A stretch of 63,914 bases of DNA, the filler included. It is 7 parts of 7 records of this genome, joined end to end, with 100 filler letters (N's around TTAATTAATTAA, not from the genome) between each part and the next. Parts side by side here need not be neighbours in the genome. Positions count along the whole stretch, not along the records: positions 58,835 to 63,914 come from SRR31147125_10496; 6 more parts are not named here. One strand, given 5' to 3'. Positions within the stretch are counted from its first letter, which is position 1; each line of letters starts with the position of its first letter. Shown piece by piece: positions 60,593-63,914 of this stretch. The notes under the pieces are model-generated. The model worked only from the letters and a program-made list of their open reading frames with translations, had not been told where the DNA came from and ran no database searches. The position numbers were made by a program, and so were the translations under genes.

Positions 60593-62404
60593 TTAATATC
60601 TTTCAAATACTACTGCTCCATAAGCTGGTACATGTACATCATAAATATGATGATGCTCATAACCTTGTCTTGTAACTTCTTTCTGATTAGAGATATTAAA
60701 ACAAGGCCAGCTTGTATTTGCTATTTCTTTATAGAAACCTGATACATTTACATTTTCGTATTCTCTAGTTTCTCCACTAAAATTTAATACAATTAAGTAT
60801 TTCCCGTTATCTCTAGTAAAAGCAACTACGCCTTTTTCTTTGTTAATCTTAGATACTTCAATACTTCCCCATGCAAAAGCTGCTTTATTACCTTTTCTAA
60901 TTTCAAAGATTTTTTTATACCAATTTATGATTTTACCTCTATAGTTTTCATATTCATCAAGAGGCAATCTATCATTCCACCAACTTCTACCTGTATAAGG
61001 ATTATTATCTTTTTGACCAAATTGTAAATCTTCTCCTGCTTCTTGCCCCATGAAAATCATAGGAATCCCTCTAGCTAAGATTGTTCCTGCTGCTGCAACT
61101 TGAGCTAACTCCCATCCTTTACCATCTTTTGCAATTCTTGCGACTCTTTTATTTTCATTACCAACTTCATCATGTGACTCTACATAAATCAAAGCATTGT
61201 ACCATTCATCACCATAATATTTAAATACTCTGTAAAGTTTGTCCAAATCTCCACCAGCTAAAACCTCTTTAAATTCATCATGAAATTCATCAGTCCATTG
61301 AGAGTCAAAAGGTCCATGTAAATCTCCACCCCAATTCGTTGTGTGATTATTAGTGATATGCCAGTTATCTTTCTCGTGACCATCCACTGCAAAATCCTCA
61401 GCAATCAGGAGAATGTTATTATTAATTTTCTTTACTTTTTTTCTTAGCTCTTTTAAGAAGTTCCACCCTCCACCTCTTCCAGGATAATTAACCTGTCTAA
61501 CCCATCTATCACCAGCATGAATAAGGTGTGTTAAATCAAATCTAAATCCATCAACTTTATATTCTCTTGCTAAATAAAGTACATTTTCCACAAAGTAATG
61601 TCTAGCTATATCATTATTATAATGAACCATCGCTCCAAATCCAGTATCACCAGAGCAATAAGTACCAAAATCTAAAGACGCTAAAATGCTATCATCTGTA
61701 CTGACGTGATTAAAAACTAGGTCAAATATAATCGCTATTCCTTTACTATGAGCTAAATCAATCAGCTCTTTCAACTCTTGAGGTGTTCCATAATGTGATT
61801 CAATTGCATATGGAAAAGCTGGATTATAACCCCAACTGTTATCTCCTGGAAATTCATTTAATGGTAAAAATTCAATAGCTGTAGGTCCTAATTTATCAAT
61901 ATATCCTCCGTCTTTAATCTCTTCCATTACTTGTTTAAAGATTGATAACTCTTTATTTCTATTTGAAAATCTTTTTGGATGAACTTGATAAATTATATAG
62001 TGCTCCCAACCAGGAACATTCCAATCAGCAGTAAATGTGTAATCGGTATTTTTAAGAATCTTTGAGTGGTCACCTAAATTTGAACTCTCTACCAATCTTG
62101 CAGCAGGATCTTGGATATAATGTTTAGTTCCATCACTTTTTTTATAAGTAAACTTGTATCTATTTCCTGTTTTAACCTTTTTTAAATCAATATGATCCTT
62201 TGATACTTTGAAATTCCAAAATCTATTATCACCTTCTTTTTTTAATGGAAAATCCTTAAATTGATCCTTCTCTACTTCTAACATCAACTCCACTTCCGTA
62301 TAACTTTCTGGTAAATATATGATTGCATACCAATAATCCCCATCTAAATAAAACCCTGGTGTTTTTTGAAATATTTCTACATCATTCATTGTCATGAATT
62401 CCAT
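60593..62404 (-). CDS. GH13 alpha-amylase-family enzyme (TreZ/branching-enzyme-like)
   Basis: DPAAR, SWGYNP, DLVFNH, DGFRFD, IAED, ESHDE and GIPMIFMGQE motifs. Confidence 0.88.
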   Translation of the reverse strand: MEFMTMNDVEIFQKTPGFYLDGDYWYAIIYLPESYTEVELMLEVEKDQFKDFPLKKEGDNRFWNFKVSKDHIDLKKVKTGNRYKFTYKKSDGTKHYIQDPAARLVESSNLGDHSKILKNTDYTFTADWNVPGWEHYIIYQVHPKRFSNRNKELSIFKQVMEEIKDGGYIDKLGPTAIEFLPLNEFPGDNSWGYNPAFPYAIESHYGTPQELKELIDLAHSKGIAIIFDLVFNHVSTDDSILASLDFGTYCSGDTGFGAMVHYNNDIARHYFVENVLYLAREYKVDGFRFDLTHLIHAGDRWVRQVNYPGRGGGWNFLKELRKKVKKINNNILLIAEDFAVDGHEKDNWHITNNHTTNWGGDLHGPFDSQWTDEFHDEFKEVLAGGDLDKLYRVFKYYGDEWYNALIYVESHDEVGNENKRVARIAKDGKGWELAQVAAAGTILARGIPMIFMGQEAGEDLQFGQKDNNPYTGRSWWNDRLPLDEYENYRGKIINWYKKIFEIRKGNKAAFAWGSIEVSKINKEKGVVAFTRDNGKYLIVLNFSGETREYENVNVSGFYKEIANTSWPCFNISNQKEVTRQGYEHHHIYDVHVPAYGAVVFERY

Positions 62405-62487
62405 TTCTATTCCTCCTTGTTATTTATTTCGATTTCACTTTTATATATAATTGCATATAGTGTGTTATTAGAATTTTTATAAAAATT

Positions 62488-63597
62488 TTAATATATTATT
62501 TTTACTGACTTTGGTGATACGCATTTAACTGTTTTAGCTATATCACTATACCACTCTCCATCACTCTGACTATTGAAGAATCTTTTGATTACAGTTTGAA
62601 CTCTACCGTCATTTAAAATAAATCCATGTGTTGCTTTATCGTACCATTTACTTTTAACTGTTAATGTTAAAATAGAACCTTTATAAAATGTTGAACTTTC
62701 TTTTGGTACTGTTCCATCTCCGTCACCAGTTGAATACTCTAAGTTAAAAAAGTTCTTAACTCTTCCATTATCTCTGACTACTTTTACTTTATTTTTAGTT
62801 TTTTCTCCTACCCCTGATATAAATATAAACTTTTTTCTTTCTATCTCAGGTAAATCCTTGAAATCTAGCATAACTTCATCATCTATTCTGAATTTTTTCA
62901 ATTCTTGAAGTCTTCTTTCAAACATTTCACTTTTGATGTTTGATTGCCAGTGAGTAGGATTATATAGATCAAACTCTTCGCCATTATCAAATGTTATAGC
63001 TCCTTTATAGTATGGAGTTAGTTCGTATACAGCATTAAATGTTCTTGCTAATTTTCTAAACTCATCATTTGAATTGAATAGCGGAAATTTTATTCCTCCT
63101 TCACCAACAAGTAGGGCAGTTAATGAATTGATGGAACCTCTAAATGGACAAACTGTAAGTACTGCTTTATTCACTACATCATAATTTCCATAAAGTTCTT
63201 TTAAGTAGCAAGACATAATCATTCCACCCATACTATGAGTTACAAAGTTAAACTTATCTACTCTCAATTTTTCCTTTAAATAGTCCACATACTTCTTTAG
63301 TTTTTTTCCATTTTCCTTACATGACTTTCTCCAGTCGTAACCAAAGAAATACGTTTGACTATTCGCTTTTCTTTTTAACACTGATACAATTTCACGATAA
63401 GCAAGATCTTCTACATCAGAACTTTTTATTATCGCTCTCTGAGAAACCTCAAAATCAGGATTCAACTCTAATTCAAGGTCAAATATAGTTTCATATTTGC
63501 TCTGCACTCCTGAGTAAATTGTATCGTGATTTAAAGTATTGCTGTTAATCAATGTTGTTCCTTTTATTCCTGGTATTAATATTACAGGTATTGACAT
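62488..63597 (-). CDS. Lipase/LCAT-like alpha/beta hydrolase
   Basis: PVILIPGI.G, YDWR, THSMGG, GDGTVP and a C-terminal His. Confidence 0.85.
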   Translation of the reverse strand: MSIPVILIPGIKGTTLINSNTLNHDTIYSGVQSKYETIFDLELELNPDFEVSQRAIIKSSDVEDLAYREIVSVLKRKANSQTYFFGYDWRKSCKENGKKLKKYVDYLKEKLRVDKFNFVTHSMGGMIMSCYLKELYGNYDVVNKAVLTVCPFRGSINSLTALLVGEGGIKFPLFNSNDEFRKLARTFNAVYELTPYYKGAITFDNGEEFDLYNPTHWQSNIKSEMFERRLQELKKFRIDDEVMLDFKDLPEIERKKFIFISGVGEKTKNKVKVVRDNGRVKNFFNLEYSTGDGDGTVPKESSTFYKGSILTLTVKSKWYDKATHGFILNDGRVQTVIKRFFNSQSDGEWYSDIAKTVKCVSPKSVKIIY

Positions 63598-63733
63598 CTC
63601 ACATCATCTCCTTATATGATTTAAAAGTATATAATTTTGTATTCTATGTTTTATATAAGTTTCCTTTTTATTTTGCTTCACTTTTATATTTTATTTAACT
63701 TTTTCTAAAACCACTTATTCTTTTTAATAATTC

Positions 63734-63913
63734 CTACCTACTAACTGCTTTTAAAAAACGGTTTAATCCTAGATACACGCTACGACTAGACGGGGTTCTT
63801 CTGCTACGAAAAGATACGCGACTATAATAAGCGCCATCATTCCAACTACCACCACGTGAGACTCGATTCAAATTCTTCGATAAATTTCCTGGATAGTGAA
63901 TCGAGATTTTCTT
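63734..63913 (-). CDS. C-terminus of an FGE-sulfatase (CLec-fold) protein, 5'-truncated; not in the ORF track
   Basis: Open frame KKISIHYPGNLSKNLNRVSRGGSWNDGAYYSRVSFRSRRTPSSRSVYLGLNRFLKAVSR-stop, containing RV.RGGSW and R...R...P..R...LG. Confidence 0.75.
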   Translation of the reverse strand, partial: KKISIHYPGNLSKNLNRVSRGGSWNDGAYYSRVSFRSRRTPSSRSVYLGLNRFLKAVSR

Positions 63914-63914
63914 T

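Noticed and set aside
1..63914. CRISPR arrays, tRNA, rRNA, integron attC arrays, reverse transcriptase
   Set aside because: None recognised by eye; covariance-model searches were not possible.

Overview
The window is not one locus. It is seven unrelated contigs joined by identical 100-nt spacers (N-run, TTAATTAATTAA, N-run): C1 1-6315, C2 6416-22170, C3 22271-30207, C4 30308-38902, C5 39003-53015, C6 53116-58734, C7 58835-63914. Taxonomic guesses below are inferred from gene style only. C1 (Desulfobacterota-like) carries a PilB/GspE ATPase, an HD hydrolase, a degenerate HD-GYP protein, motAB, an HTH-PTS IIA fusion and a ClC transporter. C2 (KSB1/Calditrichota-like) has a Tat sugar isomerase, an M14 peptidase, an AbiE type IV TA with a perfect operator, a UroD/MtaA-family protein, a GNAT, a GH78 rhamnosidase, a beta-propeller, cstA and several REP-like hairpins. 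C3 (Bacteroidota) has fixH and an A2-type cytochrome c oxidase operon. C4 (KSB1-like) has copA with a sigma54-like promoter, a Met/His-rich secreted protein, an ArsM-like methyltransferase that reads through UGA into a SECIS-like hairpin (a probable selenoprotein missed by the ORF track), an M3 peptidase and an RRM protein. C5 (Clostridia) has an MFS transporter, AraC-GyrI, a COG0523 GTPase with a Fur-family-like operator, a YtrA-ABC operon, and an ECF sigma with an RsgI/SEAL-PASTA anti-sigma; both ends of this contig carry the same inverted repeat. C6 (Bacteroidota) is an ECF-FecR-TonB receptor module with three copies of AGGGTA-N13-CTGTAT. C7 (very AT-rich) has a kinase pseudogene, a GH13, a lipase-like protein, and at the edge an unannotated FGE/CLec C-terminus with DGR variable-region hallmarks. 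Several genes carry small frameshifts, mostly in homopolymer runs, that are probably sequencing errors. No rRNA, tRNA, CRISPR array or transposase was recognised.
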